NCBI GenBank assembly: GCA_905210525.1
Contig: CAJLXE010000001.1
Span: 1-26,267 of the forward strand
Source of the DNA: an uncultured Clostridia bacterium
Lineage (GTDB): Bacteria; Bacillota; Clostridia; HGM11327
DNA length: 26,267 bases
Direction of reading: 5' to 3'
The notes beneath the pieces were generated by a model that saw nothing but the letters and a program-made list of their open reading frames with translations, was not told where the DNA came from and did not search any database. The position numbers and the translations under genes were made by a program. Below, one piece after another: positions 17,506 through 25,015 of this stretch. Numbering within the stretch: the first letter of the stretch is position 1; every line of letters starts with the position of its first letter.

Positions 17506-17985
17506 ATGAATCCTGTTTTGTGCGGAATAAGTATTTTTGTAGGATTCTCTGCCGGAACGTTTGCGGCGGCAAGGGTATCCTCCGGGCTTAAATATCTTGA
17601 CGATCTCTGCTGCGCTCTCGAAACGCTCCATGACTGCATCTGCACGTATTCCTCCGGACTCGGAGAAGCAATATCAAGCGGAAATATAGATAAAAAGTGC
17701 GTTCTGTTCGATGATATCGCAAAAAATCTGACTTCAGGCAAGCCGAATTTCGCCGACATCATAAACAATTCCCCGTACAACCCCGAAATAAAATCACACC
17801 TCACCAGATTGTTTGAAAACATAATCCACGGCGAGGAATCCGAAATAATCAAAAGCTTTGACATAACGCTCAGCACCGTAAAAAAATACAGAGACGCCGA
17901 ACGCATAAAAAAAGAAAAAAATGCCCCTCTATATAAAAAAGCAGGCTTACTGCTCGGCATAGGCGCAGCAATACTTTTTCTTTGA
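17506..17985 (+). CDS. spoIIIAB: Stage III sporulation protein AB
   Basis: Operon position, N- and C-terminal hydrophobic ends, C-terminus KNAPLYKKAGLLLGIGAAILFL. Confidence 0.85.
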   Translation: MNPVLCGISIFVGFSAGTFAAARVSSGLKYLDDLCCALETLHDCICTYSSGLGEAISSGNIDKKCVLFDDIAKNLTSGKPNFADIINNSPYNPEIKSHLTRLFENIIHGEESEIIKSFDITLSTVKKYRDAERIKKEKNAPLYKKAGLLLGIGAAILFL

Positions 17986-18036
17986 TACACGTATTACCAA
18001 CGTAAAACATAATCCCGTCGGCAGAAAGGAAAACAA

Positions 18037-18231
18037 ATGCAGATTGACATTATATTCAAAATAGCGGCAATAGGAATAATTGTCGCCGTATTGAACCAGG
18101 TACTCGTAAAGGCGGATAAATCAGAAATAGCAACGCTCGTAACTCTCACAGGCGTTATAATCGTTCTGCTTACGGTAATAAATCTGGTAAGCGAACTCTT
18201 CACTACCATACGCTCGCTGTTTCAGCTGTAA
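18037..18231 (+). CDS. spoIIIAC: Stage III sporulation protein AC
   Basis: MQIDIIFKIAAIGIIVAVLNQVL...LFTTIRSLFQL, 64 aa, SD AGAAAGGA. Confidence 0.95.
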   Translation: MQIDIIFKIAAIGIIVAVLNQVLVKADKSEIATLVTLTGVIIVLLTVINLVSELFTTIRSLFQL

Positions 18232-18234
18232 AGT

Positions 18235-18618
18235 ATGAACATATTAACCGTATCGCTTCTGGCAATCGCCGCAACCGTATTTATAATTGTTATAAAAGAG
18301 CTCAAACCCGATTTTGCCGTTCTCGTGAGCTTATCGTTCGGTATAGTAATAATGCTGTATCTGGTTGAACCCATTTCACAGACAATATCCGCATTTTCGC
18401 AAATCGCCGACCGCTCCGGAATAAGCAGTGATGTCCTCACGGCCGCAATAAAAGTTATAGGTATAAGCTTTGTCGCCGAATTTGCCGCATCAATATGTAC
18501 AGATGCGGGACAAACGTCCATAGCATCCAAAGTAGAAGCAGCAGGAAAAATCATAATACTCACATTAGCGCTTCCCATAATAACAAGTATGCTTGATTCC
18601 CTGTTTTCCATATTATAA
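18235..18618 (+). CDS. spoIIIAD: Stage III sporulation protein AD
   Basis: KVIGISFVAEFAASICTDAGQTSIASKVEAAGKIIIL signature. Confidence 0.95.
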   Translation: MNILTVSLLAIAATVFIIVIKELKPDFAVLVSLSFGIVIMLYLVEPISQTISAFSQIADRSGISSDVLTAAIKVIGISFVAEFAASICTDAGQTSIASKVEAAGKIIILTLALPIITSMLDSLFSIL

Positions 18619-18634
18619 CCAACGGAAAAAACAT

Positions 18635-19837
18635 ATGAAAAATAAAAACGTATTACTATTGTTATTTTGTATTATATCTTTTACATTTATTACGATTATG
18701 CTCATCCCGCACGAAAGCTTTGCATATGACGTCGGCGATACCGTGGATATCACACCCATAATAGAAGAAGCTCTTGACGGCACGGACCTTTCTCCATGGC
18801 AAAAATTCGTATCGGGAAACGAGCTGTTCGCCGACATAACGGACAACAGTCAAAGCGTTCCCGAATACTTAAAAAAACTCATAAAAGGCGAAGCGGTGCT
18901 GTCGTTTGACGGATTTATAAACGCTTTGTTCTCACGCTTCATATCCTCCGTCAAAAGTCACATGGGACTTGCCGCAATTCTGCTCGGCATTGCACTGATA
19001 TGTACGGTGCTCGAAAAGTTCTCAAAAAGCATTTTCAAAGGCAGCATATCCTCTGCGGCGTCCGGAGTACTGTTTTTTTCTGCCGTGGGACTTATAATAA
19101 AAGGCTTTGCCGAAACCACCGCCACGTGTACGGATTGCATAAACAATATGTCCGATTTTACGGATAAAACATTGCCCATACTCATGACGTTCGTTACCGC
19201 CGTCGGAAATTCCTCATCCTCCGGCATACTTCAACCCGGCATACTCATGATTCTCGAACTTACCGTAAAGCTCATCAACTGCATTATCATTCCTCTGTTG
19301 ACCGCATCCGCCGTGCTTTCAACTGCGTACAACATATGTCAGCAAAAGCCTTACGCCGATATATCCGGTTCCGTAAAAAAACTCGCCGACTGGATAATAG
19401 GAATAATGTTCACGCTGTTTTTCGGCTTTATATCCATACAGAAGCTCACCGCGTCCGCATTGGACGGAGCCTGCATAAAAACAATAAAATATACGCTTTC
19501 TTCATTTTCTCTGTACGGCGGCTCATTCTTATCCAAAAGCTTCGACATCGTAACAGGCTGTGCCGTAATAATGAAAAACGTACTCGGCGGAATAGGAATG
19601 ATAATATTGCTGTCAATATGCGTATCTCCCGCTCTGGAACTGCTTGCGGTATCTGTCGTTTACAGAATATCTTCTCTTTTCATATCTCTCACAGGCGAAA
19701 CACGTATATCCGGCTGTCTCAATGACATAGGCAAAATATACGGAACAATGTTCCTGTGCATAATGACATCGGCTGTACTGTTTTTCATGCTGCTTTCCGT
19801 CATAACCGCCGCAGGAAACACTCTTGCCGGAATATGA
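18635..19837 (+). CDS. spoIIIAE: Stage III sporulation protein AE
   Basis: Polytopic membrane protein, ~400 aa, with KNVLGGIG motif and the expected operon position. Start placed at ATG 18635. Confidence 0.9.
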   Translation: MKNKNVLLLLFCIISFTFITIMLIPHESFAYDVGDTVDITPIIEEALDGTDLSPWQKFVSGNELFADITDNSQSVPEYLKKLIKGEAVLSFDGFINALFSRFISSVKSHMGLAAILLGIALICTVLEKFSKSIFKGSISSAASGVLFFSAVGLIIKGFAETTATCTDCINNMSDFTDKTLPILMTFVTAVGNSSSSGILQPGILMILELTVKLINCIIIPLLTASAVLSTAYNICQQKPYADISGSVKKLADWIIGIMFTLFFGFISIQKLTASALDGACIKTIKYTLSSFSLYGGSFLSKSFDIVTGCAVIMKNVLGGIGMIILLSICVSPALELLAVSVVYRISSLFISLTGETRISGCLNDIGKIYGTMFLCIMTSAVLFFMLLSVITAAGNTLAGI

Positions 19838-19850
19838 GGTAAATAAAATT

Positions 19851-20348
19851 ATGGATACATTCTATTCTGCAATAAAAGCTCTCACAGGCATAGCGGTACT
19901 ATACTTTTTGTGCGACGCGCTCATTTCATCCGAGAAATTCAAGCCCTATGTGCGCCTCGTGCTCGGTCTTGCAGTAGTCCTGACCTTGGCAAAACCCATA
20001 ACCGCTCTGCTGAAAACCGAGCCCGACATCATGTTCAACATAGATATACCGTCCGAAAACGACAGTCTCCGCGATGACATCGAAAATATATGGAGAGGTC
20101 ATTCAAGCGGCTCTCTCAGAACATTTGTCGGCGATATTCTTTGCGAAAGCTTCCCGTCATACAAATTCACCGTGCGCACATACAGGCACGAATCCGGATT
20201 ATACCGGATATACGTAACCGTATATGACAATATTCCGCAATCCGATATCAGGGACGTAAAAAATTTAATTTGCGCTAAAACAGGTATATCGGCAGATTAC
20301 GTGAATATATATTTACAGAATCCGCAAACAAAGGAGGACACACAATGA
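19851..20348 (+). CDS. spoIIIAF: Stage III sporulation protein AF
   Basis: LISSEKFKPYVRLVLGLAVVLTLAKPI N-terminal motif and C-terminal ring-building-motif-like end. ATG 19851 follows GAGGT. Confidence 0.85.
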   Translation: MDTFYSAIKALTGIAVLYFLCDALISSEKFKPYVRLVLGLAVVLTLAKPITALLKTEPDIMFNIDIPSENDSLRDDIENIWRGHSSGSLRTFVGDILCESFPSYKFTVRTYRHESGLYRIYVTVYDNIPQSDIRDVKNLICAKTGISADYVNIYLQNPQTKEDTQ

Positions 20349-20779
20349 ACAACGGTTTTTTCAGGCGATTTTCGGATACGCTTAAAGAATTCGGCAAAAA
20401 AGACGCCGCCATATGCGCGGCTGTGGCAATAGTCATAATAATACTTGCGGCAAACATATATATAAACAAAAACAAAGACGCCCCTGCCGGCACATACGCA
20501 ACGCCTGCCGCCTCTCCTCAGAAAAGCACCGCGACAGATATTGAACTGCGGCTTGAAAATATTCTCAGCAAAATAGACGGCACCGGTAAAATCGATGTAA
20601 TGATAACATATCAGACATGCGACGCCTCAGCCGGACAGGAACAGCCTCAGCCGCTCGGTGCGGTTATAATAGCCGAGGGCGCGGATAATCTTGAGGTCCG
20701 CATAAAAATACAGCAGGCGGTTCAGACTGCACTCGGTATAGAAGCCCGTCAGATAAAAATTTTCAGAATGGGCAAATAA
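20345..20779 (+). CDS. spoIIIAG: Stage III sporulation protein AG, short form
   Basis: ELRLENILSKIDGTGKIDVMITY and GAVIIAEGADNLEVRIKIQQAVQTAL...IKIF. SD AAGGAGG, ATGA overlap with spoIIIAF. Confidence 0.9.
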   Translation: MNNGFFRRFSDTLKEFGKKDAAICAAVAIVIIILAANIYINKNKDAPAGTYATPAASPQKSTATDIELRLENILSKIDGTGKIDVMITYQTCDASAGQEQPQPLGAVIIAEGADNLEVRIKIQQAVQTALGIEARQIKIFRMGK

Positions 20780-20787
20780 ATACTGCG

Positions 20788-20816
20788 GTATAATCAACAG
20801 CATATCAGAATATGAT
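20788..20816 (+). promoter_or_regulatory. Possible internal sporulation-sigma promoter for spoIIIAH
   Basis: GTATAAT, 14 nt, AATATGAT in a 67-nt gap, resembling sigma-E spacing. Confidence 0.35.
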
Positions 20817-20846
20817 ATAAATATATAAACCTGAAAGGAGCATTTT

Positions 20847-21428
20847 ATGAAGATTAATTGGAGTTACTTTACTAAACAAAGGGGTATTGTTATAGTAAGT
20901 CTTGTGATGTGTTTAGTAATTCTGGGCAGTGCGAACTACATATATACAAGAAGTCAGAACAAAGTTCCGGATATTCCTTCCGCACAAGAACCTGCAGACG
21001 GCAAAGGCGGCACAACAGATCCCGATGACAGTAAAGTAAGCACGCCGGACGGTGACGACAACAAAACCGTATCGGCACAGCCAAACTACTTTGAAGCGTA
21101 CAGAACAAACCGTCAGAGCATAAGAGATATGGAAATGCGTTACGTGCAGACAATTTCCGACAATCAGGGTTCCGATGAAGCCGTGAAAAAGGAAGCCGAA
21201 CAGCGTCTGCTTGAAATTGCATCGCTTATGGAAAAAGAACTCAAGCTTGAAAGTCTCATTAAGTCCAAGGGATTTGAGGACGTAATAGCATTTGTGGAAG
21301 ACGGATCCGTAAATATAGTCGTTAAAGCGGAAAAGCTTACATCTGCTCAGGCAACAAAAATATTGAAGTTAGTAGTTGACGAAACAGGCGAAGCTTCCCA
21401 GAATGTTACCATAATCACAAGAGTATGA
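20847..21428 (+). CDS. spoIIIAH: Stage III sporulation protein AH
   Basis: N-terminal TM, YFEAYRTNR, ELKLESLIKSKGFEDVI, VNIVVKAEKLT. SD GAAAGGAG. Confidence 0.93.
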   Translation: MKINWSYFTKQRGIVIVSLVMCLVILGSANYIYTRSQNKVPDIPSAQEPADGKGGTTDPDDSKVSTPDGDDNKTVSAQPNYFEAYRTNRQSIRDMEMRYVQTISDNQGSDEAVKKEAEQRLLEIASLMEKELKLESLIKSKGFEDVIAFVEDGSVNIVVKAEKLTSAQATKILKLVVDETGEASQNVTIITRV

Positions 21429-21441
21429 CCACCCCAACCTG

Positions 21442-21490
21442 CAAAGACGTCCGCTTACACGTTTTGAGTAAACAGACGTCTTTGTTTTTT
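21442..21490. terminator. Terminator between convergent spoIIIAH and glycosyltransferase genes, possibly bidirectional
   Basis: CAAAGACGTC...GACGTCTTTG long stem followed by TTTTTT on the plus strand. Confidence 0.8.
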
Positions 21491-22799
21491 ACATTATATA
21501 ACCGTTCATAAGGAATACCGTCATAACAACTATTCCCAATAAATATTCTGCCGCAAGCACGACTCCCCGCACCCACTTATTTTTGTCAAGAACAAGCGCA
21601 TACGAAATGTACATCGGAAATGCCGCCATCATGTATCTCGCGCCGCTCAGCAGCCAGCTTACCGTAAGCGTAAGAAACAGATACGCCAGCGCATATATGT
21701 TGTACAGGAACGGCATCTTTTTATGCTTTATGTAAATAGCCGTCATAGCCGCTATGGCCGCTGTCATGTTGGCAAACCACAAACACCATTTCTGATCCAA
21801 TCTTGTGTTTTCACCCAAAAAATATTTGAAATGATTCGTCACATTCTTTAATATGCAGGATATCTCATTGTACCAGTGTTCTTTCTGATACACCATAAAT
21901 CTGAACCAATCTCCGGTAACAATCTTGTTTATCAAAAGATACACACCGAACCCCGCAAGAATCAAAAAAGCAGGCAAAAGTCTTACTGCAAATCTTTTGA
22001 AATCAAAATGTCTTTTGCACGCAACCGTAATAAGCCATACTCCGTACGGAATAACAAATATCAATCCGAAATTTTTGGTAAGCGCCGCAAAAAATCCGCA
22101 TATTCCCGCCGCAAACCAGTTTTCCTTTTTCAACATGAACATAAACAGAAGCGACAAAAACAGAAATGTCGATTCCGTAAACGGCAGAGAAAAGAAAAAC
22201 CCGAACGGATTGAATATAAGCAGCAATATTGCAGTCTTTGTCGTCTTTTCCGAGAAATCAATGCGCATAAGCTTGTACATAACCGCAATAGACAAGCTTA
22301 TGAAAATATTCGGCTGAATAAAAGCAGCAGCTCTTATGCTTCCTCCGCACAAATACGACAATCCTCTCACAAGCAGCGGATACAACGGATAAAACACAAT
22401 ATGAAAGCGCGGATCACCTTCATTTCTGTAACCGTACCTCGCAATACCTATATAATGATGAGAATCCCATTTCGTAAGCTCGCTGAAAACATTTGTAAAT
22501 GAAAATGTGTAATCCTCGCTGAAAACCGATTTGAAAACAAACGCAAGCACTGTTGTGGATATGCGTACCGCAAAATATATACCTATAAGAACAAGTATTT
22601 GATTAGTCTCGTTTTTTGTTGGCGTCAGCCGAAAAACAGGCTCGCCTTTCTCATAAAATCTGCCCACATACGAACATTCGCCGTCAGTCCCTGCATAGCT
22701 TTTCTTCAATACCTGTATAAAATAAAAAATTGCTCCGAATACCGCCAGAACCAAAACAAAATTCCATATATGTTCGTACAAAATTATTTGTGTTTCCAT
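21489..22799 (-). CDS. Polytopic GT-C glycosyltransferase, PIG-V/Gpi18-like mannosyltransferase family
   Basis: KWDSHHYIGIARYGY, FYPLYPLL, FTESTFL, SGARY motifs and roughly 10 or more TM segments. Confidence 0.85.
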   Translation of the reverse strand: METQIILYEHIWNFVLVLAVFGAIFYFIQVLKKSYAGTDGECSYVGRFYEKGEPVFRLTPTKNETNQILVLIGIYFAVRISTTVLAFVFKSVFSEDYTFSFTNVFSELTKWDSHHYIGIARYGYRNEGDPRFHIVFYPLYPLLVRGLSYLCGGSIRAAAFIQPNIFISLSIAVMYKLMRIDFSEKTTKTAILLLIFNPFGFFFSLPFTESTFLFLSLLFMFMLKKENWFAAGICGFFAALTKNFGLIFVIPYGVWLITVACKRHFDFKRFAVRLLPAFLILAGFGVYLLINKIVTGDWFRFMVYQKEHWYNEISCILKNVTNHFKYFLGENTRLDQKWCLWFANMTAAIAAMTAIYIKHKKMPFLYNIYALAYLFLTLTVSWLLSGARYMMAAFPMYISYALVLDKNKWVRGVVLAAEYLLGIVVMTVFLMNGYIM

Positions 22800-22886
22800 A
22801 TCAAATCCGCCTTTGTATTGCCGTTATTATTATATAATATTTACCGTTCATTGCAGTCCGAACCGTCCGCAAGAACGGTGCATATA

Positions 22887-23357
22887 TCAGTTTCTTGAAC
22901 ATTTTTCCGCATCAATTGCAAGCACCAGCATCAGCACATGCAGTGCATCACCCGGATTTTGTACATCTATTGTGTACGTATCCGTCCACTTCCACAGCTC
23001 CTTTGAAACGGTTGCAATCTCCTGCCCCGATGCATTCTGTATCGTATAATCCCATTCAAGCCAGTCGCCATCAATCTGCCAGCCGTTGCAATCGATACTG
23101 AACTTCGGTTTGAAAAAAGAAAACTCCTTGTTTATGCAACCGATATAATCGTTACCGATATACATTTCAAATTTCGGCAGCCATGTTAATACCTTTTGTT
23201 TTACCATGCCGACCTCATTGCCCGCCGCATCGTAAATTTTGAGCAGATGCCCCCACGAAAGCTCGCCCTTGACAACATATACCGTATTTCCCGCTTCATC
23301 GTATATATCGTAGCTGTCAAACCACGAAAAAAATCTTTGTTTGAATAACAGTTTCAT
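22887..23357 (-). CDS. LURP-one-related / scramblase-like (YxjI-type) protein
   Basis: KQRFFSWFDSYDIYD, IDGDWLEWDYTI, ATVSKELWKWTDTYTIDV, C-terminal LVLAID. SD AGAAAGG. Confidence 0.9.
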   Translation of the reverse strand: MKLLFKQRFFSWFDSYDIYDEAGNTVYVVKGELSWGHLLKIYDAAGNEVGMVKQKVLTWLPKFEMYIGNDYIGCINKEFSFFKPKFSIDCNGWQIDGDWLEWDYTIQNASGQEIATVSKELWKWTDTYTIDVQNPGDALHVLMLVLAIDAEKCSRN

Positions 23358-23563
23358 TTTGCTTCCGCCTTTCTTTCAGTTACCGATTACAGCTTTTTAC
23401 AATTAAACGCATTAACTGTTATGCTGTTACAGCACAAATTGCCTTCCTCAAAAGCTTCGCTTTTGCGCAATTTTGAAGCGTTATAAAATTGCGCAAATTT
23501 TATGTTTTCAGCAATTTTATAACGTTGTGAAAATAAACACAAAAAGACTGCACAGTTGTGTTT

Positions 23564-23592
23564 ATTATATTATAAAATCGTCCTGCTGTCAA
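23564..23592 (-). promoter_or_regulatory. Sigma-A promoter about 200 nt upstream of the LURP-one gene
   Basis: TTGACA (23592-23587), 17 nt, TATAAT (23569-23564): perfect consensus. Confidence 0.85.
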
Positions 23593-23730
23593 CATTTCTT
23601 ACTTTCGGCGCATAAACACTCAATGCCAATCAGCCGCAAACGTACAGCATTATGCTTATGATATGCCTCAGGGGCATATTGTTTTCTGGGGTCAAGGGAG
23701 ACGCAATGGGAACATTTGTAAAACTCCTTC

Positions 23731-23758
23731 TTGAAAAAAATACATTTTATGGTATACT
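23731..23758 (+). promoter_or_regulatory. Probable sigma-A promoter for the ECF operon
   Basis: TTGAAA, 16 nt, TATACT, with a TG extended -10. Confidence 0.55.
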
Positions 23759-23858
23759 TGAAGTAAAGTGAAAAAAATTTACGCGCATCAAAAAAAATTT
23801 TAAAAAGAGTGAGTGTTTTTATCATCTCAATCGTATAATAAATACTCGGGGGGAATTT

Positions 23859-24410
23859 ATGGATATAACGGGGCAGGACGCATACAACCGTTTCTTATCG
23901 GGTGACGACACTGCATTTGACGAAATACTGGATTTATATCACAACAGTCTTATATTCTTTATATGCGGATTCGTACATAATGTTACCGTTGCGGAGGATC
24001 TGGCGGCAGATACATTTGCAGAACTGATTCTGCATCCGCACAGATATAACTTTTCCGTAACGTTGAAAACATACATTTTTATGATCGGCAGAAGCCGTGC
24101 CATTGACTATCTGCGGCACAATTCAAAACTGAATGTAATATCGGAAGCTTACGATTACACGCAGGAACCCGATTATCATCTGCTTGAAGACGATATCATT
24201 CTTGACGAACAAAAAAAGCTTCTGCACGACGCCGTAATGCGTCTTAAAGACGATTATAGAACTGCGGTTCACCTTGTTTATTTTGAGGAAATGTCATGTG
24301 AACAGGCAGCAAAAATTATGAAGAAGAATAAAAAACAAATCGAAAATCTTCTTTACAGAGCAAAAAACGCACTCCGTAAAAATTTAAGAAAGGACGGTGA
24401 ACATTTTTGA
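23859..24410 (+). CDS. ECF-type RNA polymerase sigma-70 factor
   Basis: Region 2 (AEDLAADTF, LKTYIFMIGRSRAIDYLR) and region 4 (LKDDYRTAVHLVYFEEMSCEQAAKIM...LLYRAKNALR), 183 aa. Confidence 0.93.
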   Translation: MDITGQDAYNRFLSGDDTAFDEILDLYHNSLIFFICGFVHNVTVAEDLAADTFAELILHPHRYNFSVTLKTYIFMIGRSRAIDYLRHNSKLNVISEAYDYTQEPDYHLLEDDIILDEQKKLLHDAVMRLKDDYRTAVHLVYFEEMSCEQAAKIMKKNKKQIENLLYRAKNALRKNLRKDGEHF

Positions 24411-25003
24411 AAAACAGAGAAGAATTCAAAGCTCTTGTATATAAAAAATACGAAGAAAAAAAATCAAAGCAATACCGTCTGCGAAAATACTGCGCCGTGC
24501 TGCTTCCTCTTTCCGCAGCCCTGATTCTGTGCTGTATACTTATACCGGGGCTCATTCAACTTAAAGACGATCTTCGATTTGAGGTCTCGGGTCGGATGAA
24601 TTATATATCGATATCCGTCAATGCTCCGCAGCATACTCCCGATTCCTCGCTCCCGGATAATCCTACCTTTTCTCCCGAACCTGAACCGCCTTACAATACA
24701 CCCGATATCAATGGTTTGATTGAAGCTCCTTCCGCAAAAGATCTCATACAAAATCTGAAAAACGGCAATATTACAATAGGCAAGCCTTCCGAACCTTCAA
24801 CCGGCAGTTCATATGACGGAGACTATAACGGGAGCTACTACGAAAACTGCTACACAATCGATGTATGGTACGATTCCACAAGAAAAGTACAGTACAAATT
24901 TTACGACAGAAGCAAAGAACTGTACGCAAACAATGTTAAAATAAAATTAAGCATCGCACAACAAACAGAACTTTCAAACATTCTGAAAAAATACGCATTA
25001 TGA
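24407..25003 (+). CDS. Putative anti-sigma factor (single-pass membrane protein)
   Basis: TTGA overlap with the ECF stop. Short basic cytoplasmic N-terminus, one TM, Pro-rich linker, C-terminal external domain. Confidence 0.65.
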   Translation: MKNREEFKALVYKKYEEKKSKQYRLRKYCAVLLPLSAALILCCILIPGLIQLKDDLRFEVSGRMNYISISVNAPQHTPDSSLPDNPTFSPEPEPPYNTPDINGLIEAPSAKDLIQNLKNGNITIGKPSEPSTGSSYDGDYNGSYYENCYTIDVWYDSTRKVQYKFYDRSKELYANNVKIKLSIAQQTELSNILKKYAL

Positions 25004-25015
25004 AGGAGATAAAAT

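Noticed and set aside
16559..17990. Minus-strand ORFs of 276 aa and 197 aa
   Set aside because: Antisense to well-supported spoIIIAA and spoIIIAB.
23473..23825. Small ORFs 23473..23661 (+) and 23589..23825 (-)
   Set aside because: They overlap promoters and inverted repeats, and show no SD or recognisable features.
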